Shown: positions 28,058 to 37,522 of the stretch, in pieces
How the letters are laid out: every line of letters begins with the position of its first letter
How positions within the stretch are numbered: position 1 is the first letter of the stretch
NCBI GenBank assembly: GCA_963729715.1
Contig: CAVSPA010000010.1
Location: forward strand, 96,001 to 160,000
Reading direction: 5' to 3'
DNA: 64,000 nt
Origin: an uncultured delta proteobacterium
Lineage (GTDB): Bacteria; Desulfobacterota; Syntrophia; Syntrophales; UBA2185
Program-made: the position numbers and the translations under genes
The notes under the pieces: model-generated
Databases searched by the model: none
What the model was told of the DNA's origin: nothing
The model's input: the letters and a program-made list of their open reading frames with translations, nothing else

Positions 28058-29596
28058 ATGGCAATCGTATTTGATAAACCCGCAGTAGTTGACCCCAACA
28101 ATATCGCCGGAATCGGCTCGGCTCTCGGTACGGCTCTTGGGCAGGGCTACGCGCAGCAGACGCAGGCGAATAAGGAACAGGCCGTATTAGACCCAATTCT
28201 TGACCAGGTCGCTTTTGGTGATGACCCCAGAGAGAGGGCAACTTTATTGATGAAAGTGCTATCAAGCCCTGCTTTATCACAGCAATCAAAGGCAAATTTT
28301 ATCTCTGCGGTACACGCACTTCCGACGCCGGAGAAGGAATCCAAAGTTGTCAACTGGTGGGATGAAAATGGTGCTCCGCATACCGAGGTAATTAAAACAT
28401 CCGAGTACAATAAAAGGGCAGTCGAAATAGAGAAGGCTGGTGGTACTTTTGATAAACCAGGGCGGTCTATCTTGTACGACCAGACGACCGGCAAGCCTGT
28501 ATGGCGGGGCCCAGAAACGAAAATGCAGCAGATGTTGGAAGGTCACGAGACTTGGACAGACGAACCGCCTGAGAAGGGAAAGCAATACTTGATCCGTAAT
28601 GATGAGGACCCTAAACGGGTGCAGCAGATTACCTTGAAGTCCGGAGAGGAAATTCCGGAAGGATGGACTGAAGTCTCCGCTGGGAAAAAAGACGAGAAAG
28701 CGCCAGGGACAAAGACTTTCCAAATAGGTGGACAGGAGGTGCCTCATCAATGGGATGCCAAGGCCGGAGTGTGGAAGCCGATCAAGGGCATGGGCGGTCC
28801 GAAGTGGAATCCAAAGGGGGATGACGAGGACAAAAAGGTTAAAAGGTCGGATCTCCAGGCTGTGTACAGCTACGAGAAAAAGGCTTTTGCTGATCCTGAT
28901 AGCTATGAGCTGTCTGAAGAAGAACAGAAAAAGTACGAGGAGAATCCCAAGAAGTATAAAGTTCCCAAAGGAATGCAACTAAAACAGGAAGTGCTCGATC
29001 ACGCAAATGAGCTTCGTGGCGCGGCGAGAATGTCACTGAGGGAAGAAAAAGAAATTCCCTATAAGGAAACGAGCCACTCAACCCTCCTCGGAATCAAAAT
29101 ACCCGGATCGGAAACAACAAAAGATATCTCCGGATACGAATATCCGGAAGCGGGCAAGGAAACGGGTGCGAAGAAAAAAGAAGTTGCTGATGGTGATGTT
29201 GGCAAGCAACTGGAGGGCAAGAAGGCGGGTCATTACCGCGTCAATGGCAAAGAGATCAAATGGGATGGGTCAAAGGTGATTGCCGGTGCTGGGACCGAAG
29301 GCAAAGAAAAGCCCATGGATAAAATGCCTGATGCTGCAAAGAATAAAGACCGCATTATCAGAGACACGTCGACAGGCAAAAAATACAAGAGTGATGGCAC
29401 ACAGTGGAAGGAAGAGCCGGCGAAGTCAAATATCAAAAAAGACGCAAACCATGATCAGGCTGTCAGTTACCTGAAGGGCGCAAAGACCAGGGATGAAGCG
29501 ATAAAAAAGCTTAAAGAATTGAAGAAGCAGGGTTGGACCCGAGAGCAGCTTGAAGGGATCGTACAGGACTCCGGCGCTGAATCGTTAGAAGAATGA
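28058..29596 (+). CDS. Lys/Glu-rich protein, putative phage DNA transfer/ejection protein
   Basis: GGAGG RBS; GIGSALGTALGQGY N-terminus; short Trp-containing beta repeats such as IIRDTSTGKKYKSDGTQW. Inference. Confidence 0.45.
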   Translation: MAIVFDKPAVVDPNNIAGIGSALGTALGQGYAQQTQANKEQAVLDPILDQVAFGDDPRERATLLMKVLSSPALSQQSKANFISAVHALPTPEKESKVVNWWDENGAPHTEVIKTSEYNKRAVEIEKAGGTFDKPGRSILYDQTTGKPVWRGPETKMQQMLEGHETWTDEPPEKGKQYLIRNDEDPKRVQQITLKSGEEIPEGWTEVSAGKKDEKAPGTKTFQIGGQEVPHQWDAKAGVWKPIKGMGGPKWNPKGDDEDKKVKRSDLQAVYSYEKKAFADPDSYELSEEEQKKYEENPKKYKVPKGMQLKQEVLDHANELRGAARMSLREEKEIPYKETSHSTLLGIKIPGSETTKDISGYEYPEAGKETGAKKKEVADGDVGKQLEGKKAGHYRVNGKEIKWDGSKVIAGAGTEGKEKPMDKMPDAAKNKDRIIRDTSTGKKYKSDGTQWKEEPAKSNIKKDANHDQAVSYLKGAKTRDEAIKKLKELKKQGWTREQLEGIVQDSGAESLEE

Positions 29597-30151
29597 AGCT
29601 CACATTGAGGCAAGAAATCTTTTGCAGGGAGTATGTCGTTGATTTCAACGGTAGTCGAGCAGCTGTTGCTGCAGGGTACAGTAAGAAAACCGCGGACCAG
29701 CAGGCATCAAGGTTGTTAAAAAACAGTGGAGTTCAAGGCGCCATCAAAAAAGAGATAGAGAAGCGGTCGAAACGTATTGAGATCACCCAGGACAGAGTTC
29801 TGGAGGAAATTGCCCGCGTTGCTTTCGCCGACCTATCTGATTTTTTGGATGTCGATGAGGCCACGGGGGCCGTCAGAGTGAAAGGATTTGATGAAATGCC
29901 GGTACTGGCAAGCCGTGTCCTTGAATCCATTTCAGAGGATCGGGTTATTCGGGAAGCCGCAGATGGGAAGCAAGTTATTATTCATGACAAGCGTAAAATC
30001 AAGCTGCACGACAAGATGAGAGCCCTTGAGATGTGCGGAACGCCATTTGGGCTTGTTCATGGAAAGGCTTAGGGTGGAAGGCGGGCTTATTCACCTGAGC
30101 ATAAGTCCTGACATTAGGAAGAAAAAGGGATCGGGGTTGTCTAAGAAATGA
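29593..30151 (+). CDS. terS: Terminase small subunit, with an apparent +1 frameshift near 30040
   Basis: LTLRQEIFCREYVVDFNGSRAAVAAGYS..TA..QASRLL and IKLHDKMRALE. The conserved RHLGLF continues in the shifted frame. Confidence 0.88.
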
Positions 30152-30645
30152 ATAACCTGGCCGACGAGGTCCGAGGGGTGATCACCGCGGAAGAATTCTT
30201 TGAGAAATATTTTCAGCAAAAAGCTGCCCTCTTTGATTTGATGGCCAATCACTTGTTTACGCAGTTTGTTGTTATCAACCCGACAGTGAAGAAATCGGAT
30301 GAGCCGTTGCACGATGTTAAGGTAGTGAAGCTGCCTAAATCGTGGGTAGATGACATTAATCTATTTCTGGAAAAGTTCAGCTACAAGGATTTTGTGATCA
30401 ATGGAGAACCTCTGCGGCCTGATTACACTGATTCTTCCTGGCTTCTGAAGGTTGGCCGCATCTGCACCTACCACGCAGAGGCGTACAGAGGGTTCGCGGG
30501 GCATGTCGATTTTGAGCTGGTGATGAAGATGGACGATGCCTCGAGTCGCTTGCTCGGAATCTGTCATGCGCTGGTTGCTTATTTGGCGGCTGCGGGCGAC
30601 GAGGAAGCAGATCTCTTCTTCAGGCCTTCGAGCCTAAGCCATTGA
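30148..30645 (+). CDS. Hypothetical protein
   Basis: ORF starts at an ATGA overlap with the repaired terS. Confidence 0.6.
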   Translation: MNNLADEVRGVITAEEFFEKYFQQKAALFDLMANHLFTQFVVINPTVKKSDEPLHDVKVVKLPKSWVDDINLFLEKFSYKDFVINGEPLRPDYTDSSWLLKVGRICTYHAEAYRGFAGHVDFELVMKMDDASSRLLGICHALVAYLAAAGDEEADLFFRPSSLSH

Positions 30646-30749
30646 GGGAAGAAGAAGGCCTCCGATGACTAAATACCTATGTTTCGTGTTTTATAGCCGT
30701 GTACACGCCGCATATTGAGTTTAGCGGTTCATATGAGGTCATTCTCAGA

Positions 30750-30808
30750 CCCCCTTTTTCACGTTTCCGCTTTTACGACGGCCGTAAAGATGAAAGAGGG
30801 GATTTTTA
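30750..30808. terminator. Hairpin between convergent genes
   Basis: CCCCTTTTTCA...TGAAAGAGGGG followed by ATTTTT. Confidence 0.45.
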
Positions 30809-30819
30809 TGAACTCCTTC

Positions 30820-31389
30820 TTATGATTCCCAAACCCGCTCCCTTTCGGTTATCTGGTGGATGAAGTGCGGACGTTCCCTGAAGACCCTTTCCCGGTCCAC
30901 ATCAGTGATCGAACCCTCTGGAAGCCCGACAAGCTCATGAGACAGATGGTCGTGGACCAGAGGCGAAAGAGTGAATATACCGACCTGGCCGGCATAGCAT
31001 CTCTGTCTGAGCGGCTGCACAAGTGTTATAAGTCCCGCCTGGAGCAATCCCGCAACTACCGCCTGTTCGATTGGAAGCTTGATGGTGTTCCTCTCCTGAA
31101 TGATGAATTCCCTCATCACAAGCTGTTCGTTTAAGTCCAACCGCGCGAGGCGCTCCAGGACGTGCCGCTTGAATACACGCTTACGGCGCCATTCAACGAG
31201 GCGAGGAGTACCCCACCAAATGAACTCGACTGTAAGCATAGCAGAACCGAGTACCACCGCAACGATGCCGAAGGCAACATATTGCTGGCGAAACTCTGGT
31301 ACGAAAAGGAGAATTGTGCCAGCGATCACCATGCAGGCTGACAGCTTGGGCGACTTAAGAACATCTATAATGTTGGCTAACCGTTCCAT
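30820..31389 (-). CDS. Superinfection exclusion B (SieB)-family protein
   Basis: Two N-terminal TM segments, then L..L...E..V.REF.....NT..LP....V.GL...G.I pattern. Confidence 0.65.
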   Translation of the reverse strand: MERLANIIDVLKSPKLSACMVIAGTILLFVPEFRQQYVAFGIVAVVLGSAMLTVEFIWWGTPRLVEWRRKRVFKRHVLERLARLDLNEQLVMREFIIQERNTIKLPIEQAVVAGLLQAGLITLVQPLRQRCYAGQVGIFTLSPLVHDHLSHELVGLPEGSITDVDRERVFRERPHFIHQITERERVWES

Positions 31390-31502
31390 CTACTGAAACC
31401 TTTCTTGCACCGAACGTAGCGCAGCATGGCCATAGATGATGGGTTCGATATAACGTCCTCCATCATAACTAATGATTAACCTGCAACAGTGTCGGTATAA
31501 AA

Positions 31503-31958
31503 TTATACTTCCTTTGAAAGTTCTTCAGATAATTTTTTCTCCCAGAAAAAGTGCCTATATATAGTAGCTCTTATTAAAGAAATTATGATGAAGCATTTAA
31601 GGCAAACAAAAAAGCTTATGATTGGTGATAAATAAATTCTCTTAGAATGATACTCGGGAGAAATGACAACGAGGAAAAATAGAGTAAGTATTATCCAAAG
31701 GATGGAGAGTATTTTAATGGTTTTCCTATAGAAAGGATTACTTTCTTCTTTCCATCTCTGATCAGAAACGGAATTAATCTTATCATCAACTAACCGATAC
31801 TGGTTATCTTCTTCATTTAATAGGAGTTGGCATTTGTCGTCTTTGCAATAGTAGAATTCCTTACCAACGCTTAAACAGTTTTCACAAAGTAATTTACCGC
31901 ATGAATGACAAAAAGAAATGGAATTCTTATCAGGATGATTAGAACATTTTCCTTTCAT
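31503..31958 (-). CDS. B-box-type Zn-finger membrane protein
   Basis: CSNHP...CHSCGKLLCENC...YC...C plus two TM segments. Confidence 0.7.
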   Translation of the reverse strand: MKGKCSNHPDKNSISFCHSCGKLLCENCLSVGKEFYYCKDDKCQLLLNEEDNQYRLVDDKINSVSDQRWKEESNPFYRKTIKILSILWIILTLFFLVVISPEYHSKRIYLSPIISFFVCLKCFIIISLIRATIYRHFFWEKKLSEELSKEV

Positions 31959-31980
31959 CTGTCATACTCCTTTATGAATT

Positions 31981-32349
31981 TCATTGACACTGTCTCTTTT
32001 TGTGCTTGCCTCGATATTGCCGCCCCAAGAGTTTGAGTGCTTTTTCCACTGCTTGGTGTGATTCCCAACAAGCGAGTCCGAATGCAGGCTGCCGCACTTC
32101 TGTCATACGTTCTGCCGATGCCATGAGGTGAGATGAAATATTTCTGGCAAGTTCTTGTCTGTACCACCGCGTAATGGCCCGATGGACAAATCCATCGATA
32201 TCGAGGATGCAGACATCAACAAACTCATGGGCGGCCAGCAGGATTCGATCTGGGATTGGAACCCGTAGATTGCTGAGACGTGCATCGATGAGGGTCATCC
32301 ATTCCCTAACGGCTTGTTCGAACAATGCGTTTTTAGATTCATTATTCAT
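31981..32349 (-). pseudogene. Fragment of a HEPN-like protein
   Basis: ACWESHQAVEKALK resembles the HEPN QAxEKxxK motif. The ORF ends soon afterwards. Confidence 0.45.
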
Positions 32350-32405
32350 GCAGAGTGTCCATGCAGGGTCCGTAGGAAGCCAATCGAAAATGGCACTTCA
32401 AATTG

Positions 32406-32738
32406 TTAGGCGGTATTATTCTTTTCTTTCTTGATCTTGAAGGCAAGAATAGAAGCTACAGCAATCCCGATTGTGACAACATTAATGATTGACCATAACT
32501 TTCTGTTCAGGTGTATCCGAAAAATCGGGTTATAAACCAAAGCCGTGATTCCCAAAACCCACACCCAGCGCTGCTTTTCGTGTTCGTGCGCTTGGAAGGC
32601 GAGGTAGGCGAATATCCCGCAGCAAACCCAGCGTAGCAACATGTAGTAGCCGTAGGGATTGTCCGGGTTCAGCGCCCAGAGTAGCATTAGGCTCGCGATA
32701 ACCTGTGGAATCCAAATTCTTAGAGATGAACTCTCCAT
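32406..32738 (-). CDS. Small membrane protein (DUF6804-like)
   Basis: PYGYY.LLRW and L.YNP...IHL.R..W..I motifs. Confidence 0.65.
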   Translation of the reverse strand: MESSSLRIWIPQVIASLMLLWALNPDNPYGYYMLLRWVCCGIFAYLAFQAHEHEKQRWVWVLGITALVYNPIFRIHLNRKLWSIINVVTIGIAVASILAFKIKKEKNNTA

Positions 32739-32753
32739 AAAAGCTTCTTGTCA

Positions 32754-33341
32754 TTATTTCTCTGCTTGCCCAGCTGGAGCCGGAGCGGGTGCTTCTTGCT
32801 GTCTTTCCTTTGGAAAAACCTCATCAATGATGGACGATCTCTTTCGTTCCCTGCATTCCTCGAAACGTTGAAATATTTCCTCCTCGGTGTCCAGCCGTTT
32901 TTGTCCAAGATACATCCTGTCAATAGTTTTGAGATATTCGATTTCTGATGTCGAGAGATTTATCAACGTGTAATCGATCACAATGGACTCCCCGCCCGAT
33001 TTCCTGTCCTCCCTCCAGTAGGGCCGGAATTTCAACATATGACTCGCTCCGGTTATGTGACCGATTTTTGCGTAATCTTCCGACGTGAGGCCGCTGGCGA
33101 TAAGTTTTTTCTCATCGAGAACATTTGCCAAATTGCTTCTATCTACGATTGGAATGTTGGAATAACGCATTGCCATCTTGATAATATCCTTCTCGGTCTC
33201 TTTGCAGAAATCATGATCCACCCCCTCGCATAGAAGGACAATTGATTTGAGATTCTTGATTCTGCCACAATCGAGCGCCCCCACATCGATGGTCCAAATG
33301 GTCAGTGTCGTGACGGCAATAAGTAGAAATATCTTCTTCAT
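32754..33341 (-). CDS. Secreted protein with CsgG/TolB_N-like segment
   Basis: Signal peptide; IVDRSNLANVLDE....SGL....KIG.ITGA. Confidence 0.55.
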   Translation of the reverse strand: MKKIFLLIAVTTLTIWTIDVGALDCGRIKNLKSIVLLCEGVDHDFCKETEKDIIKMAMRYSNIPIVDRSNLANVLDEKKLIASGLTSEDYAKIGHITGASHMLKFRPYWREDRKSGGESIVIDYTLINLSTSEIEYLKTIDRMYLGQKRLDTEEEIFQRFEECRERKRSSIIDEVFPKERQQEAPAPAPAGQAEK

Positions 33342-33367
33342 GTGACTTCACACTTTCTCGGTCGACG

Positions 33368-33868
33368 TCATTCTTCGGATATCATTTCTTCCGATGCAAG
33401 CTGGATCTTTAATGCCCACTCCCTTATGAGATCCTCGATATTGTTTGGCAGTCGGTCCGGTGGGTCCTGATCCAGATACGGGCTCACCAGGTCCGCCCTC
33501 ACCAGCTCGTCGGCCTGGTTTCTCGGGAGCCCTCTCTCTTCCAGCTTGTACTCCGCGATCTCAGCCCTCTCTGCCACTCGGTCGAGCTCCTTTTCCAGCC
33601 TGTCATCCAGGAACATCCTCCACAAGTCTTTTGGCCCGTTGGCCAGAAGGTACTCCAGATGGTCGCTCCAGTACCGGCTGGCTTTCGGATTGTCCAATAT
33701 CTCTTCTGCTGCCTGTAACACCCTCTCTGTCTCTTTTGTCTTCCGTGGCTTCAACAAGCCCTTGCGCTTCAATCTCTCCAAGAATATCGGAGCCAACTTT
33801 TCCGCTACTCGCTTCGATTGCTGTGCGGTCAATTCCTTCTTCTTCGGCCTCGGGACATCCTTTTTCAT
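33368..33868 (-). CDS. Hypothetical protein (weak TnpV-like resemblance)
   Basis: H..YL....P......L...L...L......A...ADELV pattern, judged by eye. Confidence 0.4.
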   Translation of the reverse strand: MKKDVPRPKKKELTAQQSKRVAEKLAPIFLERLKRKGLLKPRKTKETERVLQAAEEILDNPKASRYWSDHLEYLLANGPKDLWRMFLDDRLEKELDRVAERAEIAEYKLEERGLPRNQADELVRADLVSPYLDQDPPDRLPNNIEDLIREWALKIQLASEEMISEE

Positions 33869-33925
33869 GGGAGCACCCCTTCCGAATGGTAGAAATACTG
33901 TGTAAGGAAACGGTTTGGTTAAAGG

Positions 33926-34087
33926 TTACTTCTTGGATTTCTTATCTTGCCGATCGTATTTCTTGAGAAGGTCCTGGATGGCCTCTTCCAGGAGATCATT
34001 AAGAGGTTTTTCGAGGTCAATAGCGAGTTTTTTAATCTCCTTCTGGAGATCGTTTTCGATTCTTGTTGATAGGTTTTTTCGAGCCAT
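33926..34087 (-). CDS. Ribbon-helix-helix DNA-binding protein (53 aa)
   Basis: Manual translation MARKNLSTRIENDLQKEIKKLAIDLEKPLNDLLEEAIQDLLKKYDRQDKKSKK. Below the ORF-track length cutoff. Confidence 0.8.
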   Translation of the reverse strand: MARKNLSTRIENDLQKEIKKLAIDLEKPLNDLLEEAIQDLLKKYDRQDKKSKK

Positions 34088-34115
34088 GACTGAAGGCTAT
34101 AGAATAATCTTGCAA

Positions 34116-34140
34116 AATGCAACAAGAAATATGTTGCATT
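34116..34140. promoter_or_regulatory. Operator-like inverted repeat in a divergent promoter
   Basis: Perfect inverted repeat AATGCAACA-N7-TGTTGCATT between the RHH gene and the int-side genes. Confidence 0.55.
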
Positions 34141-34322
34141 GTTCATTATATCGTGCTATCTGTATATCATACTTTACAGATGTTCACTCTCCAGACCATA
34201 GACAAATGAATAGTAAGCAAACAGATAAGCCTGAAGATACCCCATGTGGTGACGCATGGGGCGGGTAGTCTATGCCCGGGAGATGTCTTCAGGTTTAATT
34301 TTTTATGAAAGGAGATGAGGAA

Positions 34323-34538
34323 ATGACAAAGGAAAAAACAATTAACAAAAGTGAAGGTGTCGAAGTCGATGCCACGGACAATCTAAATCGTTGTGCGTGG
34401 AAACTCCAGGGAATAGCCGGGTTGTTTTTTGACCAGCAGGACACAGGAAAGACTCTATCTCGAGATGAGGTGAATGGGATTTCATTTCTTCTCGATCAAA
34501 TCGCTGATGATATTCTGGAGAACACAGAAAAACTTTAA
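34323..34538 (+). CDS. Hypothetical protein
   Basis: GAGGA RBS before ATG 34323. Confidence 0.5.
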   Translation: MTKEKTINKSEGVEVDATDNLNRCAWKLQGIAGLFFDQQDTGKTLSRDEVNGISFLLDQIADDILENTEKL

Positions 34539-34571
34539 CTCATCAACCGCGGAAAGGAGAGCAAGAGGACT

Positions 34572-34799
34572 ATGAAAAAAGTGACAAATATTTCTGAAGC
34601 TGTAGCGGAAGCAAAAAGGACAAAAATAGATCATCTTTTGGCTATGACAAGGGAAGTCCTGGAATCTGATAGTCAATTTTCTGAAATTCTGACCACAAAT
34701 ATCTTGTGCTGGAAAGAGACGGTAGATAATGAAAGACGAGTAAGAGCACTTGAGCTTAAAATGGGAATCGTTCCGGCCGCTCGGATTGTAAAAAAGTGA
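34572..34799 (+). CDS. Hypothetical protein
   Basis: GAGGA RBS. Confidence 0.5.
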   Translation: MKKVTNISEAVAEAKRTKIDHLLAMTREVLESDSQFSEILTTNILCWKETVDNERRVRALELKMGIVPAARIVKK

Positions 34800-34920
34800 A
34801 TCTGAATGGGGGCGGCGGGCAAGAACCGAGCGCGTCACGGGTTACGTGGCCGGCACGGAAAAGGACTCCCCTGGTCCCTGCCCGTGGCAGAACTCAGGAA
34901 GAAAGTGAGGGACTTTAATT

Positions 34921-36126
34921 ATGGGAACGATTTATAAGAGAGGCAAGATTTTATGGATCAAGTATCATCGTGCCGGCAAGCCATATTACGAGAGCACTAA
35001 GAGCTCAAAAGAGGCCAACGCAAGACGGCTCCTGAAAAGGCGAGAAGGTGAAATCGCAGACGGTAAATTGCCGGGAATTTATTTTGACAAGATCCTCTAT
35101 GACGAACTTGCCGCGGATCTCCTGAATGACTACGAACTCAACGGCCGGAAAAGTCTCAACCGATTGAAGATCAGCTTGGAGCATCTTGAGAAATCTTTCA
35201 CTGGATATCGCGTCGTGAATATCTCGACGGCCAGGATCAAGGCCTACATCGATCATCGACTTGAAGAGGGCGCGGCTCATGGGACAATTAACAGAGAGCT
35301 CGCCGCTTTGAAAAGAATGATGGTGATAGGCTCCCAGAGTACCCCGCCAAAAGTCAATCGCGTTCCGTTTCTTCCCATGTTGAAAGAGAGTAATGTACGG
35401 AAGGGATTTTTTGAGCATGGGGATTTTATCGCTCTAAGAAATTCCTTGCCGGCATACTTGGCAGGGCTTGTCACGTTTGCCTATAAAACAGGATGGAGGC
35501 TGTCGGAGATAACCGGGTTGACATGGGATCGGGTTGATCTCGATAACGGAATAGTAACCCTGAATCCGGGGGAAACGAAAAACGATCAAGGCCGGACGGT
35601 TTACCTTGATGAAGAATTGCGGAAGACGTTCGTGGCGCTATTGGAAAGCCGGAAGAAAGGCTCCTCTGTTCTGCCCCAGGTATTTTTGAATGAGGACGGA
35701 AAGGATTGCGTGAAGAGATTTGACAAGGCATGGGCCTCGGCATGTATCAAAGCAGGTTTTTGGGCCTGGGGCGAAGATGGAAAGCACAAAATACCCACGA
35801 AGCTCTTTCACGATCTCAGGAGAACGGCTGTCAGGAACATGGTCAGGGCTGGAATACCTGAACGCGTTGCAATGATGATCTCAGGGCATAAAACAAGGTC
35901 AGTCTTTGACCGATACAACATCGTAAGTGATACCGATTTGAAAGAGGCTTCGAACCGTCAAAAGTTGTATCTTGAAAGCCAAACCGTTACAAAAACCGTT
36001 ACAGTCATGGATTTCGAGAGGGGAAAAGGAAACAAAGCAGTACCTAAGCCTGCGGAAATACTGGTGGGCCGTATGGGACTTGAACCCACGACCAACGGAT
36101 TAAAAGTCCGCTGCTCTACCAACTGA
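34921..36126 (+). CDS. int: Phage-type tyrosine integrase of island B
   Basis: TINRELAALKR, TGWRLSE, KN, FHDLRRTAVRNM and SGHKTRSVFDRY. The ORF reads through the att core and tRNA. Confidence 0.95.
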   Translation: MGTIYKRGKILWIKYHRAGKPYYESTKSSKEANARRLLKRREGEIADGKLPGIYFDKILYDELAADLLNDYELNGRKSLNRLKISLEHLEKSFTGYRVVNISTARIKAYIDHRLEEGAAHGTINRELAALKRMMVIGSQSTPPKVNRVPFLPMLKESNVRKGFFEHGDFIALRNSLPAYLAGLVTFAYKTGWRLSEITGLTWDRVDLDNGIVTLNPGETKNDQGRTVYLDEELRKTFVALLESRKKGSSVLPQVFLNEDGKDCVKRFDKAWASACIKAGFWAWGEDGKHKIPTKLFHDLRRTAVRNMVRAGIPERVAMMISGHKTRSVFDRYNIVSDTDLKEASNRQKLYLESQTVTKTVTVMDFERGKGNKAVPKPAEILVGRMGLEPTTNGLKVRCSTN

Positions 36127-36137
36127 GCTAACGGCCC
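36062..36137 (-). tRNA. tRNA-Lys (UUU)
   Basis: GGGCCGTTAGCTCAGTTGGTAGAGCAGCGGACTTTTAATCCGTTGGTCGTGGGTTCAAGTCCCATACGGCCCACCA, a 76-nt cloverleaf with encoded CCA. Confidence 0.98.
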
Positions 36138-36208
36138 CACCCATGATATAATTTTTTAAGCTTGCCCTCTTACTAAGAAGACTCTTGAATTGTCAAGAAA
36201 AAAAGGGG

Positions 36209-37522
<1,314 letters not shown>

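Larger units (their letters stand above)
22258..36109. mobile_element. Island B: PICI-like phage satellite or defective prophage, about 13.8 kb
   Basis: 49-bp direct repeats, intact integrase, rep plus DnaB, HTH genes and TerS. No TerL, portal, capsid, tail or lysis genes recognised. Confidence 0.85.

Noticed and set aside
35958..36140. 60-aa minus-strand ORF MGPLAQLVEQRTFNP...
   Set aside because: It is a translation of the tRNA-Lys gene and the antisense of int.
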